Shown here one piece after another: positions 1 to 8,113 of a stretch of DNA of 24,000 nt (position 1 is its first letter; each line of letters opens with the position of its first letter). Both the position numbers and the translations under genes were made by a program. The DNA comes from Alphaproteobacteria bacterium. Its GTDB lineage: Bacteria > Pseudomonadota > Alphaproteobacteria > SP197. The stretch spans positions 6,737 through 30,736 of the forward strand of contig JBBDQV010000125.1 of the NCBI GenBank assembly GCA_040905845.1, in the 5' to 3' direction. The notes under the pieces were generated by a model that saw only the letters and a list, made by a program, of their open reading frames with translations, was not told the DNA's origin and searched no databases.

Positions 1-2
1 AC

Positions 3-155
3 GGCGGCACGGATGACACGGTGACGACTGGGGATACGGGTTGGGGCGCCGGCACCGCCGGCACCGGCGATCTCACCGGCTACACCCTCTACACCAACGG
101 CAGCGCGACCCTGGCCGTCGACGTTGGCATCGTCCAAACCGGCATCCAGACGTAG
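3..155 (+). CDS. 3' end of a Gly/Thr/Asp-rich protein (partial; the gene starts upstream of the window), possibly a secreted repeat-type protein
   Basis: Frame 3 is open from position 3 to TAG at 153-155 with strong G/C third-position bias. The tail reads GGTDDTVTTGDTGWGAGTAGTGDLTGYTLYTNGSATLAVDVGIVQTGIQT. It is absent from the ORF track because it has no start codon in the window. Confidence 0.4.
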   Translation, partial: GGTDDTVTTGDTGWGAGTAGTGDLTGYTLYTNGSATLAVDVGIVQTGIQT

Positions 156-411
156 GCCCTCGGTCCTGAAAAGGGGCTGAGACCCGTAATCAAGGCTCTC
201 GCCCGATGATTTCGGTCAACGAAGACGGCGACGATGATCGGGCGTCTGCCATGTTGCGGATGGGTCAGGGCCGGCCCTCGCCCTCGGGGACGGAGGGCCG
301 CCGCGCCGGCGGTCTTCGGGACGGAGACACATGAAACTGGGGCATTCGACCGGGCCCGAAACCGGCGTATAACAAAGCGCCATCGAACCGAGCCGCGCGG
401 GCACGATCCTC

Positions 412-1542
412 GTGAGTCCCTCGAACGACGTTCATCATTCGGCCGAGCCCATCTCGCAAGCCGCACCGGGCCTCGGGCTGCGCGCGCTCGCGAAGCACTA
501 CGGCGCCGTCAGGGCGGTCGACGGCGTCGATCTCGACGTGACGCGCGGGCAGTTCCTGACGCTGCTCGGCCCTTCGGGCTCGGGCAAGACGACGCTGCTC
601 ATGATGATCGCGGGCTTCATCGCGCCGACCGCGGGCGAGATTCTGAGCGACGGTCGCGCGATCACCCATCTGCCGCCCGAGCGCCGGAACTTCGGCATGG
701 TGTTCCAGGGTTACGCCCTGTTCCCCCATCTCTCGGTGTTCGACAACGTCGCGTTTTCGCTCCGCATCCGACGGCGAACGTCGGACGAGATCGGGCGCGA
801 GGTCGGGCGGGTGCTCGAACTCGTCCAGCTCGGGGGCCTGGCCGAGCGAATGCCGCGCGAGCTGTCGGGCGGGCAGCAGCAGCGCGTGGCGCTCGCGCGC
901 GCGCTGGTGTTCAGCCCCGACGTGCTGCTGCTCGATGAGCCGCTCGGCGCGCTAGACCGCAAGCTGCGCGCCGAGGTGCAGATCGAGCTCAAGCAGCTCC
1001 ACGGCCGCGTCGGCACCACGTTCATCTACGTCACCCACGATCAGGAAGAGGCGCTGTCGATGTCGGACCGCATCGCCATCGTGCGCGACGGGCGGTTCGT
1101 GCAGATCGGCGACCCGATCGGGCTCTACGAGCGCCCGGCGACGCGCTTCGTGGCCGGGTTCCTGGGCGAGAGCAATTTCATCCGCGCGCGCGTCGTCGAG
1201 CGTCGCGCCGAAGGGCTGTCGTACGAGTGCGGCGGGCGGACGTTCGTCCACGCGGGCGCGGTCGACGGGCTCGATGTCGGCGCGACCGCGTTGCTCGCCA
1301 TGCGGCCCGAGAAGCTGTCGATCAGCGCGTCCGAGCCCAGCGGTGGACCAAACGCAGTTGCGGCGCGGGTGACGAACTGGAACTACTTCGGCAGCAACTT
1401 CCATCTGACGACCGAATCCCAGGCGCTCGGCGCGCTCGGCGTTTCGTGCCCGGCCTGGCGCTTGGGCTTCGAGCCCAGCAACGGCATGGAGCTTTGGCTG
1501 TCGTGGGAACCCCACGCGGCCGTCGTCGTCGCCGATGACTGA
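412..1542 (+). CDS. ABC transporter ATP-binding protein, PotA/spermidine-putrescine-type with a C-terminal TOBE-like domain
   Basis: Walker A GPSGSGKTT, ABC signature LSGGQQQRVALARAL and Walker B LLLDEPLGALD are present. GTG start at 412. It is the first gene of a 4-gene transporter operon. Confidence 0.9.
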   Translation: MSPSNDVHHSAEPISQAAPGLGLRALAKHYGAVRAVDGVDLDVTRGQFLTLLGPSGSGKTTLLMMIAGFIAPTAGEILSDGRAITHLPPERRNFGMVFQGYALFPHLSVFDNVAFSLRIRRRTSDEIGREVGRVLELVQLGGLAERMPRELSGGQQQRVALARALVFSPDVLLLDEPLGALDRKLRAEVQIELKQLHGRVGTTFIYVTHDQEEALSMSDRIAIVRDGRFVQIGDPIGLYERPATRFVAGFLGESNFIRARVVERRAEGLSYECGGRTFVHAGAVDGLDVGATALLAMRPEKLSISASEPSGGPNAVAARVTNWNYFGSNFHLTTESQALGALGVSCPAWRLGFEPSNGMELWLSWEPHAAVVVADD

Positions 1543-1555
1543 GCGTTCACCCCAT

Positions 1556-1580
1556 CCGTGTCCCCGTCGGGGACCGACGG
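1556..1580 (+). other. GC-rich hairpin between the ATPase and binding-protein genes (possible intra-operon attenuator or RNA-stability element)
   Basis: ccgtgtcccc (1556-1565), loop gtc, then ggggac-cg-acgg (1569-1580). This gives a 10-bp stem with a 2-nt bulge, 14 nt after the TGA at 1540-1542. There is no U-tract. Confidence 0.25.
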
Positions 1581-1656
1581 AAACGGCGCGCCGGACGGCT
1601 CCCCCGGTCGCTCGCGCGGAATCGGGAGCCACTAAACCCCTCCGGGAGGTAGGACC

Positions 1657-2769
1657 ATGAGTGCAAGATTGTTCGCGCAGGATTGCAGGGAATTGTTCAT
1701 GGAAGCCGCGCGCGCCGGCCGGCTCAGTCGGCGTCAGCTGCTCGCTGCCGGCGCGCTCGCCGGGGCGGCGCCGTTCGCTGGCTCCGCCGGCAAGGCGTTC
1801 GCCCAGGACAAGCCGGAGCAGATCGTGCACGCCAACTGGGGCGGCGACGCGGTGCATTGCACCGAGGACAACTACGGCAAGAGCTTCACCGAGGCGACCG
1901 GCGTCAAGGTCGTGGTCGACGGCTCGGGCCCGCTCGAGGGCACCATCCAGCAGATGGTCGATGCGGGTGCGACGATCTGGGACAGCTGCGATTCCGACAT
2001 GTTCACGGCGCTGAGGCTCGGCGGCAAGGGACAGCTCGAGGCGATCGACTACGCGATCGTCGACAAGGCCAAGATCCTGGCGCCGTTCACCTACGACTAC
2101 GGCATCCTCGGCTACTGGTACAGCTACACGCTGGCCTACGACTCGAGCACGATCGCGAGCCAGCCGACCTGGGCCGACTTCTTCGACGTCGAGAAAATCC
2201 CGGGCAAGCGCACCCTGTTCAAGTGGATGAACGGCGCCGTCGAGGCCGCCCTGCTCGCCGACGGCGTCGCGCCGGACCAGCTCTACCCGCTCGACGTCGA
2301 TCGGGCGCTGGCCAAGATCGACTCGATCAAGGACCACATCATCTTCTGGAACTCGGGCGCCGAGAGCCAGCAGATGCTGCTCGAGGGCGAGGTCGTCATG
2401 GGCTGCATCTGGCAGACCCGGGCGAGCGTCATCGAGCGCGACACCGGCGGCAAGATCAAGTGGACGTGGTACCAGGCGCTCGCGTATCCGGCCGGGTGGG
2501 TCATCCCGAAGAACAATCCGGCGGGCAACGAGTGGGCCAACCGCTGGCTCGCCTTCATGCAGGATCCGGTCCTGCAGGTCGCGGTCATGGACTGCTTCGG
2601 CCAGGGCCCGGCGAACCCGGCGGCGGTCGATTTGATGACGCCCGAGCAGCGCAGCCTGCATGTGGCGGCGCCCGAGAACTACGAGCGCCAGATCATCGCA
2701 TCGACCGAGTACTGGGCCGAGAACTACGACAACGTGCTCAACGCCTATCTCGACCACATCTCGGCGTAG
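1657..2769 (+). CDS. ABC transporter periplasmic substrate-binding protein (PotD/PotF-like, family 1 SBP) with a Tat-type signal peptide
   Basis: GGGAGG RBS lies 7 nt upstream of the ATG at 1657. The N-terminus has the twin-arginine motif SRRQLLAAGALAGAAPFAGSAGKAFA. The gene sits in operon context with the ATPase and two permeases. Confidence 0.88.
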   Translation: MSARLFAQDCRELFMEAARAGRLSRRQLLAAGALAGAAPFAGSAGKAFAQDKPEQIVHANWGGDAVHCTEDNYGKSFTEATGVKVVVDGSGPLEGTIQQMVDAGATIWDSCDSDMFTALRLGGKGQLEAIDYAIVDKAKILAPFTYDYGILGYWYSYTLAYDSSTIASQPTWADFFDVEKIPGKRTLFKWMNGAVEAALLADGVAPDQLYPLDVDRALAKIDSIKDHIIFWNSGAESQQMLLEGEVVMGCIWQTRASVIERDTGGKIKWTWYQALAYPAGWVIPKNNPAGNEWANRWLAFMQDPVLQVAVMDCFGQGPANPAAVDLMTPEQRSLHVAAPENYERQIIASTEYWAENYDNVLNAYLDHISA

Positions 2770-2798
2770 CGGCCCGCAGGGCCACGTAGGTCCGACCG

Positions 2799-3665
2799 AT
2801 GGTGGCGATCGCGAGCGGCGCCGGCGAAAGGCGCGCGCGGAGGCTCGATCCGTACGCGCTCATCGTCGTCCCGCTGCTCGCGATGCTCGTCATCCTCTAC
2901 GCCTATCCGCTGTTCAAGGTGCTGTGGATCAGCGTGTCCGACCCTTCGTTCGGGCTCGGCAACTACGAGAAGCTGTTCACCGCCGCCGGCATCCAGCGAA
3001 TGTTGTGGACGACGCTCAAGCTGTGCCTGATCACCACGGCGATCGCCATGGTGCTGGGCTATGTCGTTGCCTACGCCATCGTCCACGTCGGCGAGCGCCA
3101 GCGCACGTGGATGTGGATGTTCATCCTGATCCCGTTCTGGGTCTCGGTGCTGGCGCGCACGTTCTCCTGGCTGATGCTGCTGCACGACAACGGCATCGTG
3201 AACGACGCGCTGCGCGCGTGGGGCATCGTCGAGGAGCCCGTCGCGCTGGTGCGCAACCAGTTCGGAGTCATCGTCGGCATGGTGCATTACATGATCCCCT
3301 ACGCCGTGCTGCCGCTCTACGCCAGCATGCGCGCGATCGACCCGCGCACGGTCGCGGCGGCGCGCGGGCTCGGCGCGCGCCCGTTCGAGGCGTTCCTCCG
3401 GGTGTTCCTGCCGCTCAGCCTGCCCGGCATCGTCGCGGCCGGCGTGCTCGTGTTCATCCTGACCCTTGGCTTCTTCGTCACGCCGGCGATCCTGGGCGGC
3501 GGCAAGACGCTGATGATCGCCGAGTACGTCAGCGTCCAGATCCTCCAGGTCGTGCGCTGGGGCGTCGGATCGATGCTGGCGGTGGTGCTCGTGCTGTGGG
3601 TGTTCCTGACGCTCGGCGCGATGAGCCGGTTCGTCGATCTCAAGATCCTGTTCGGGGCGAAGTAG
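2799..3665 (+). CDS. ABC transporter permease (PotB-like)
   Basis: Hydrophobic multi-span protein with an EAA-like loop region (AARGLGARPFEAFLRVFLPLSLPG). Its stop lies 1 nt before the next permease start. Confidence 0.88.
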   Translation: MVAIASGAGERRARRLDPYALIVVPLLAMLVILYAYPLFKVLWISVSDPSFGLGNYEKLFTAAGIQRMLWTTLKLCLITTAIAMVLGYVVAYAIVHVGERQRTWMWMFILIPFWVSVLARTFSWLMLLHDNGIVNDALRAWGIVEEPVALVRNQFGVIVGMVHYMIPYAVLPLYASMRAIDPRTVAAARGLGARPFEAFLRVFLPLSLPGIVAAGVLVFILTLGFFVTPAILGGGKTLMIAEYVSVQILQVVRWGVGSMLAVVLVLWVFLTLGAMSRFVDLKILFGAK

Positions 3666-3666
3666 C

Positions 3667-4467
3667 ATGCCGTTGCCGACCCGCTGGGGCTTCGCCGTCG
3701 TGCTGTGCGTCGCGTGGGCGGTGCTGCTCTACCTGCTGCTGCCGCTGTTCGTCGTGCTGCCGATCTCGCTGACGCCGCAGCGATTCCTGATCATGCCCGA
3801 GGGCGAGATCTCGTTCCGCCACTACGTCAACCTGGCGACCAACGAGAAGTGGACGAGCGCGATCGGCCAGAGTCTGGTCATCGCCGCGGCGTCCACGACC
3901 ATCGCGGTCCTCACCGGCACGCTCGCGGCGATCGGGCTGTGGCGGCTCGCGTCCCGGCTGGCCGAAACGCTTCGCGCCTTCGTCCTGCTGCCCATCATCG
4001 TGCCGCCGATCGTCTCGGGCCTCGCGTTCTTCCGCGTGTTCGTCGATCTCGGGATTCTCGACACCATGATCGGCGTGATCCTCGCCCACGCGGTGCTCGC
4101 CGCGCCGTTCGTCGTCATCGCGGTCTCGACCTCGCTCGCGAGCTTCGACCTCAAGCTCGAGCAGGCGGCGCGCAACCTCGGCGCCACGGTCGGCCAGGCA
4201 CTCAGGCTCGTGATCCTGCCGAACATCGTGCCGGGCGTGCTGTCGGGCGCGGTGTTCGCCTTCATCGTGTCGTGGGACGAGATCGTGGTGACGCTGTTCG
4301 TCTCGAAGCTCAACGTCTTCACCCTGCCGCGTCGCATGTGGGACGGCATCCGCGATCAGGCCGACCCGACCATCGCGGCGTGCGCGACGAGCCTGATCCT
4401 GCTGACCGTGCTGGGCGTCGGGCTGCGCACGTGGTATGTCGCCCGGCGTGGTCGGGTGGGCGTCTGA
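3667..4467 (+). CDS. ABC transporter permease (PotC-like)
   Basis: Multi-span membrane protein with an EAA-like loop (EQAARNLGATVGQALRLVILPNIVPG). It is tightly coupled to the upstream permease: TAG at 3663-3665, ATG at 3667. Confidence 0.88.
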   Translation: MPLPTRWGFAVVLCVAWAVLLYLLLPLFVVLPISLTPQRFLIMPEGEISFRHYVNLATNEKWTSAIGQSLVIAAASTTIAVLTGTLAAIGLWRLASRLAETLRAFVLLPIIVPPIVSGLAFFRVFVDLGILDTMIGVILAHAVLAAPFVVIAVSTSLASFDLKLEQAARNLGATVGQALRLVILPNIVPGVLSGAVFAFIVSWDEIVVTLFVSKLNVFTLPRRMWDGIRDQADPTIAACATSLILLTVLGVGLRTWYVARRGRVGV

Positions 4468-4470
4468 AGG

Positions 4471-5358
4471 TCACGCGGCCGGGGCCGCGGCTCGCCGCGT
4501 CTCCCGGTGCAGGACGTAGAGCCCGCTGGCGACGATCAGTCCGACGCCGACGAGGGCCAGCGCGTCCGGCAGCGTGCCGAACACGACGTAGGCCGCCGCC
4601 GTGGTGAACACGACGTGGATGTAGGTGAGCGGCGCCATGATCGAGGCCTCGCCCTCGCTGAACGCCCGGATGTGGCAGAAATGGGCGACGAGCCCGGCGG
4701 CGCTCATGGCCACCAGCATGACCCACTGCATGGCGTCGGGCCACGCCCAGACCCATGGCATGGCGAGCGTGAGCACGAGGCCCGTGGCGGCGACGCTGTA
4801 GAAGAGGCTGGTCCAGGCCGGATCGTCGCGCCCGACGATGCGGGTCAGGACCGCGTAGACGGCCGAGCACGCGGCGTCGACCAGGGGCAGCGCGTACATC
4901 CAGTGGCGGCCCTCCATGCCCGGCTGGACGATCAACAGCGCGCCGAGGAACCCGGCGCCGCACGCGGCCCAGCGCCGCCAGCCGACCGCCTCGCCGAGCG
5001 CCACGGCCGCGATCGCGGTGACGAGGAGCGGCGAGACGAAGACGATGGCGACGGCATCGGCCAGCGGCACCTGCTGGAGCGAGAAGAAGAAGCCGAGGCC
5101 GGCGACGAGCAGCAGCAGGGAGCGCGCGATCTGCTTGCCTGGATGGCGCGTGCGCACGATGCGCGTCGGGGCGACGCGCAGGATGATCGGCAGCGCCGCC
5201 ATGGTGATCACGGCACGCACCCAGAGGAGCTGGATCGGGTTCATGCCCTCGACGGCGACGAGCTGCTTGCCCAGAAGCTCGAGCACGACGAACACCACGT
5301 TCGCGACCATCAGATAGGCCGCGGCGCGCGCGTTCGCGGTGGCGAGCAGGCGCTTCAT
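4471..5358 (-). CDS. EamA/DMT-superfamily transporter (10-TM drug/metabolite exporter type)
   Basis: Hydrophobic 295-aa product with two-fold EamA-like repeat organisation. I place the start at ATG 5358 (MKRLLATANARAAAYL...). The track ORF start at 5511 would read through the palindromic repeat element. Confidence 0.82.
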   Translation of the reverse strand: MKRLLATANARAAAYLMVANVVFVVLELLGKQLVAVEGMNPIQLLWVRAVITMAALPIILRVAPTRIVRTRHPGKQIARSLLLLVAGLGFFFSLQQVPLADAVAIVFVSPLLVTAIAAVALGEAVGWRRWAACGAGFLGALLIVQPGMEGRHWMYALPLVDAACSAVYAVLTRIVGRDDPAWTSLFYSVAATGLVLTLAMPWVWAWPDAMQWVMLVAMSAAGLVAHFCHIRAFSEGEASIMAPLTYIHVVFTTAAAYVVFGTLPDALALVGVGLIVASGLYVLHRETRRAAAPAA

Positions 5359-5378
5359 CGACCGCGCTGTACTTCGTC

Positions 5379-5485
5379 CGTCGTCATTGCGAGCCGAAGG
5401 CGAAGCAATCCAGGACTTCGCGCCGCGTTCGAGCCTGTGGCCCTGGATTGCTTCGTCGGGCATAGCCCTCCTCGCAATGACGACG
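5379..5485. repeat. Nested palindromic intergenic element (REP/MITE-like, of the type common in alphaproteobacterial genomes)
   Basis: Outer arms are an exact inverted repeat: cgtcgtcattgcgag (5379-5393) and ctcgcaatgacgacg (5471-5485). Inner arms are also exact: cgaagcaatccagg (5401-5414) and cctggattgcttcg (5442-5455). It lies between the M24 gene stop (5528) and the EamA start (5358). Confidence 0.8.
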
Positions 5486-5527
5486 CACGAGGATGTCCTC
5501 GAACGACACACCTTGGGCTCGCCGCGC

Positions 5528-6778
5528 TCAGCCGATGCCCTGGAGCTCGAGCGGAGTTTTCGACAGGAAGCGCGTGCGCGCCTTGCCGTAGACGCAGGTG
5601 TCGACCAGCCAGGTGTTGAACATGCTCTCGTAGTTCGTGACCATGTTCTCCTCGAACACCCGGTCGAGCCAGCGCTCGTCGCGCACGTTGAAGTAGAACT
5701 CGCCGACCCAGTCGGGCGGCAGGCTCAGTCCCAGCTCGTAGCCGAGGCCCCAGCCCGGCTCGTCCCACAACCCGACGCTCTCGTAGTAGCAGCGCATGAT
5801 CGCGTTGACCTGGCCGACGGTCATGCCGGCCTTGACCTGGTTGGCGAACACGTCGAACGCCCCGGCCGCCTTGCGCACCCGCTCGACCATGGCCTTGGGC
5901 GGCTCGCCCATGACGTAACCGCGCTGCACGTTGCCGTGATAGCGGAAGTGGACGCCGCAGATGTCAATCTTGAGGAACTCGCCGGCGCGGATTTTCTTGC
6001 GCCCCATCATGGCGTGCCCCGCGGCCACCGGCCGGCCGTTCCTGACCGGGCACGACGTGAAGCTGTGGACCAGCGCGGGCGATTCGCTGCCCGCGGCCAT
6101 CATGGCGCGCAACGTCTCGCCGTAAACCTCGAGCTCGGTCATGCCCGGCCGGGCGAGCTTGCGCACCGTCGCATGGCCGATGTCGGCGAGCTCGACCGCC
6201 TTCTCGATATACGCGATCTCGGCGGGCGACTTGACGCGCCGGACGCGCCGGACGATCGCGCTGGCGTCGACGACGCGCGCGCCTTCGGCCAGGAACGCGC
6301 CCTCGAGCATGGTGCTGATCGCCCGGTTGGGGACGTAGCCCCAATGCTCCATGCCCACGGTGCCGTCGAGCCAGCCCTTGGCCTTCAGCTCGGCCATGAT
6401 GAAGCGGACGTTGGGCGCGGCGTCGCGGCTCGGGAAGAACCGGTTGTCGGTCGAGACCGAGGTCTTGTCGAGGACCGGCGCCTCGGTCGGGTTGTCGAAG
6501 TGGATGAAGTCGTCGGAACAGACGTGGATCGCCGTGCCGTAGAGCTGCGGGTAGCGCATCGGCCCGTTCGCCTTGTACCAGCTCGCCGTGTAGCCGTGCA
6601 GGTAGGCGACGTTGTCGGGCACGGTGACATAGATCAGGTCGATCTTGTGCTCGGCCATGAGCGCGCGCAGGCGCCGGATGCGGCCCAGGTATTCCTCGCG
6701 CGGGAACGCTACGTCGCGGTCTTCCTCGGGCCAGGGCTCGATCGCGCCCGGCGTCAGGCCTATGTATCGCGTCGCCAC
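5528..6778 (-). CDS. M24-family (pita-bread fold) hydrolase, creatinase / ectoine-hydrolase (DoeA)-like rather than a classical Xaa-Pro peptidase
   Basis: A creatinase-N-like N-domain is followed by an M24 core (KIDICGVHFRYHGNVQRGY, GLGYELGLSLPPDW, ENMVTNYESMF, WLVDTCVYG). I prefer the GTG start at 6778, 3-4 nt after GGGAGGA. The in-frame ATG at 6796 is an alternative. The track start at 6877 would overlap the divergent gene. Confidence 0.8.
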   Translation of the reverse strand: MATRYIGLTPGAIEPWPEEDRDVAFPREEYLGRIRRLRALMAEHKIDLIYVTVPDNVAYLHGYTASWYKANGPMRYPQLYGTAIHVCSDDFIHFDNPTEAPVLDKTSVSTDNRFFPSRDAAPNVRFIMAELKAKGWLDGTVGMEHWGYVPNRAISTMLEGAFLAEGARVVDASAIVRRVRRVKSPAEIAYIEKAVELADIGHATVRKLARPGMTELEVYGETLRAMMAAGSESPALVHSFTSCPVRNGRPVAAGHAMMGRKKIRAGEFLKIDICGVHFRYHGNVQRGYVMGEPPKAMVERVRKAAGAFDVFANQVKAGMTVGQVNAIMRCYYESVGLWDEPGWGLGYELGLSLPPDWVGEFYFNVRDERWLDRVFEENMVTNYESMFNTWLVDTCVYGKARTRFLSKTPLELQGIG

Positions 6779-6867
6779 GGTTCCTCCCTGATGCATCGTC
6801 GGGCCTTGCGGTGTATACCGCCTGACGAATGCCGCGTCTTCCGTGACGGCGGCCGGGGGAGGGCCGG

Positions 6868-8103
6868 GTGACACCATCCGATGCGATCTGGAGCCTGCCG
6901 ATCGAGCAGGCGCATAACGTCAGCGCCAGCGCGGGCCCGCTTTCGTTCGTCGGCGGCGCCGCCGACCTCGGCGCCAACGGAGTCGTTCGCCATCGCGGCG
7001 ACCTGAGGCGCCAGATCGCCGGCGCGCTCGACGCCCTGGCGGCGGCGCTCGCGCCCGAGGGCTGCACCCTCGACGACGTGGTACGGCTCAAGGCGTTCTA
7101 CACCGCGCCCGAAGGGAACGACGAATGGCGGGTCATCGGCGATCTCGCCAAGGGGTTCGCCAAGGACCCGATGCCCGCGATCAGCCTGGTGCCGGTGCCC
7201 ATGCAGCCATTCGCCGGCCAGCGCGTCCAACTCCAGGCGATTGCCCAGCGCGGCTGGCGCGAACTTTCCGACGTGCGCGTCGCCGTGCGTCCGGTTCCCA
7301 AGCGTCACGCCAAGCTGTTCGGCGGCCGACCGGTGACCGGGGGCCTGCGCGCGGGCGAGTTCATCGCCGTCGCCAACCGCGCGGCGGCGGACGGCGAAGG
7401 CTCGATTGCAGCCCCGAACGACCCCGTGGCCCAGAGCCACGCGATCATGGCGACCCACGAGGCGACGCTCGGCGCGCTCGGCGCCTCGCTCCAGGACGCG
7501 ATCAAGATGGAAGGCTACTACTTCGGCACTACCCGCGAGCATTGGGCGCCGCTGGCCAAGGCGCGCGCGAGCCATTTCCGGGAACCCGGCCCGGTCGCGA
7601 CCGTGGTGCCGTGCCACCGACTGCACCCGAAGGGCGCGCTGACCAAGATCGAGGTCATGGCCATGCGCGAGTCGTGGAACCGCTTCGACAAGTACATCCC
7701 GCGCGAGGATCACTGGCCGCGCCGGGTGTGGGACTGGCCCATTCCGCTGCCCTACCGCCAGGCGATCCGCCTGCGCGACATGATCTGGCTCGGCGGCCAA
7801 GTGCCGTCGGAGCCTGACTCGAACAAGGGGCGGCGCGTCCTGCCCGGCCAGCTCTTGCCCCAGACGCGCTTCACCATGAGCCTGATCGAGGACCTGCTAC
7901 GCGGCTTCGGGCGCCGGCCGTCGGACCTCAAGCTGATCGTCGCCTACTTCACCTCGAAGGGCACGCCCGAGGAAACCCGCGCGTTCCTGGCGACGATCGC
8001 CGCGTGCGCCGGCGGCGTGCTGCCGCCGATCACGGCCGTGCCCCAGCCGCATATGCACGACCCGGCGACCACGGTCGAGATCTGGGGCATCGCGCGGGGC
8101 TAG
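6868..8103 (+). CDS. Protein with three tandem RidA/YjgF/UK114-like (endoribonuclease L-PSP family) domains
   Basis: Three segments of about 135 aa each repeat the family layout. They are centred on GDLRRQIAGALDALAAALAPEGCTLDDVVRLKAFY, VAQSHAIMATHEATLGALGASLQDAIKMEGYY and LLPQTRFTMSLIEDLLRGFGRRPSDLKLIVAYF. The GTG start at 6868 is preceded by GGGGGAGGG. Confidence 0.78.
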   Translation: MTPSDAIWSLPIEQAHNVSASAGPLSFVGGAADLGANGVVRHRGDLRRQIAGALDALAAALAPEGCTLDDVVRLKAFYTAPEGNDEWRVIGDLAKGFAKDPMPAISLVPVPMQPFAGQRVQLQAIAQRGWRELSDVRVAVRPVPKRHAKLFGGRPVTGGLRAGEFIAVANRAAADGEGSIAAPNDPVAQSHAIMATHEATLGALGASLQDAIKMEGYYFGTTREHWAPLAKARASHFREPGPVATVVPCHRLHPKGALTKIEVMAMRESWNRFDKYIPREDHWPRRVWDWPIPLPYRQAIRLRDMIWLGGQVPSEPDSNKGRRVLPGQLLPQTRFTMSLIEDLLRGFGRRPSDLKLIVAYFTSKGTPEETRAFLATIAACAGGVLPPITAVPQPHMHDPATTVEIWGIARG

Positions 8104-8113
8104 GGTTCGACGG

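Noticed and set aside
272-300. GC hairpin cggccctc...gagggccg and other weak dyads in the 256-bp region upstream of the ABC operon; considered as a riboswitch, attenuator or terminator.
   Set aside because: There is no recognisable riboswitch consensus and no U-tract. I cannot distinguish it from the background GC-rich self-complementarity.
952-2757. Long antisense or alternative-frame ORFs: 952..2757(-), 5339..6871(+), 12407..13318(-), 13587..14822(-), 17020..18609(+), 20716..22521(-) and 22810..23952(-), plus many shorter ones.
   Set aside because: They lie opposite or out of frame to genes with clear family motifs. Their translations are low-complexity Arg/Ala/Gly/Pro/Asp-rich strings, as expected for stop-poor frames in very GC-rich DNA. 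None has a recognisable domain or RBS.
4471-5511. N-terminal extensions of track ORFs: 4471..5511, 5528..6877, 8114..9091, 11735..12940, 15064..16932, 17818..18810, 19651..20616 and 19477..22683.
   Set aside because: The extensions run through intergenic repeats or neighbouring genes and lack family similarity. Internal starts with Shine-Dalgarno-like sequences give proteins of canonical length.
5558-5566. Possible extra partial copies of the lux-box-like motif: tttcgacag at 5558-5566, ctgtcgaag at about 10156-10164, and agctttcgacga at 10687-10698.
   Set aside because: The matches are short (8-9 nt) and lie inside coding regions, without the rest of the 23-mer. They are consistent with chance.
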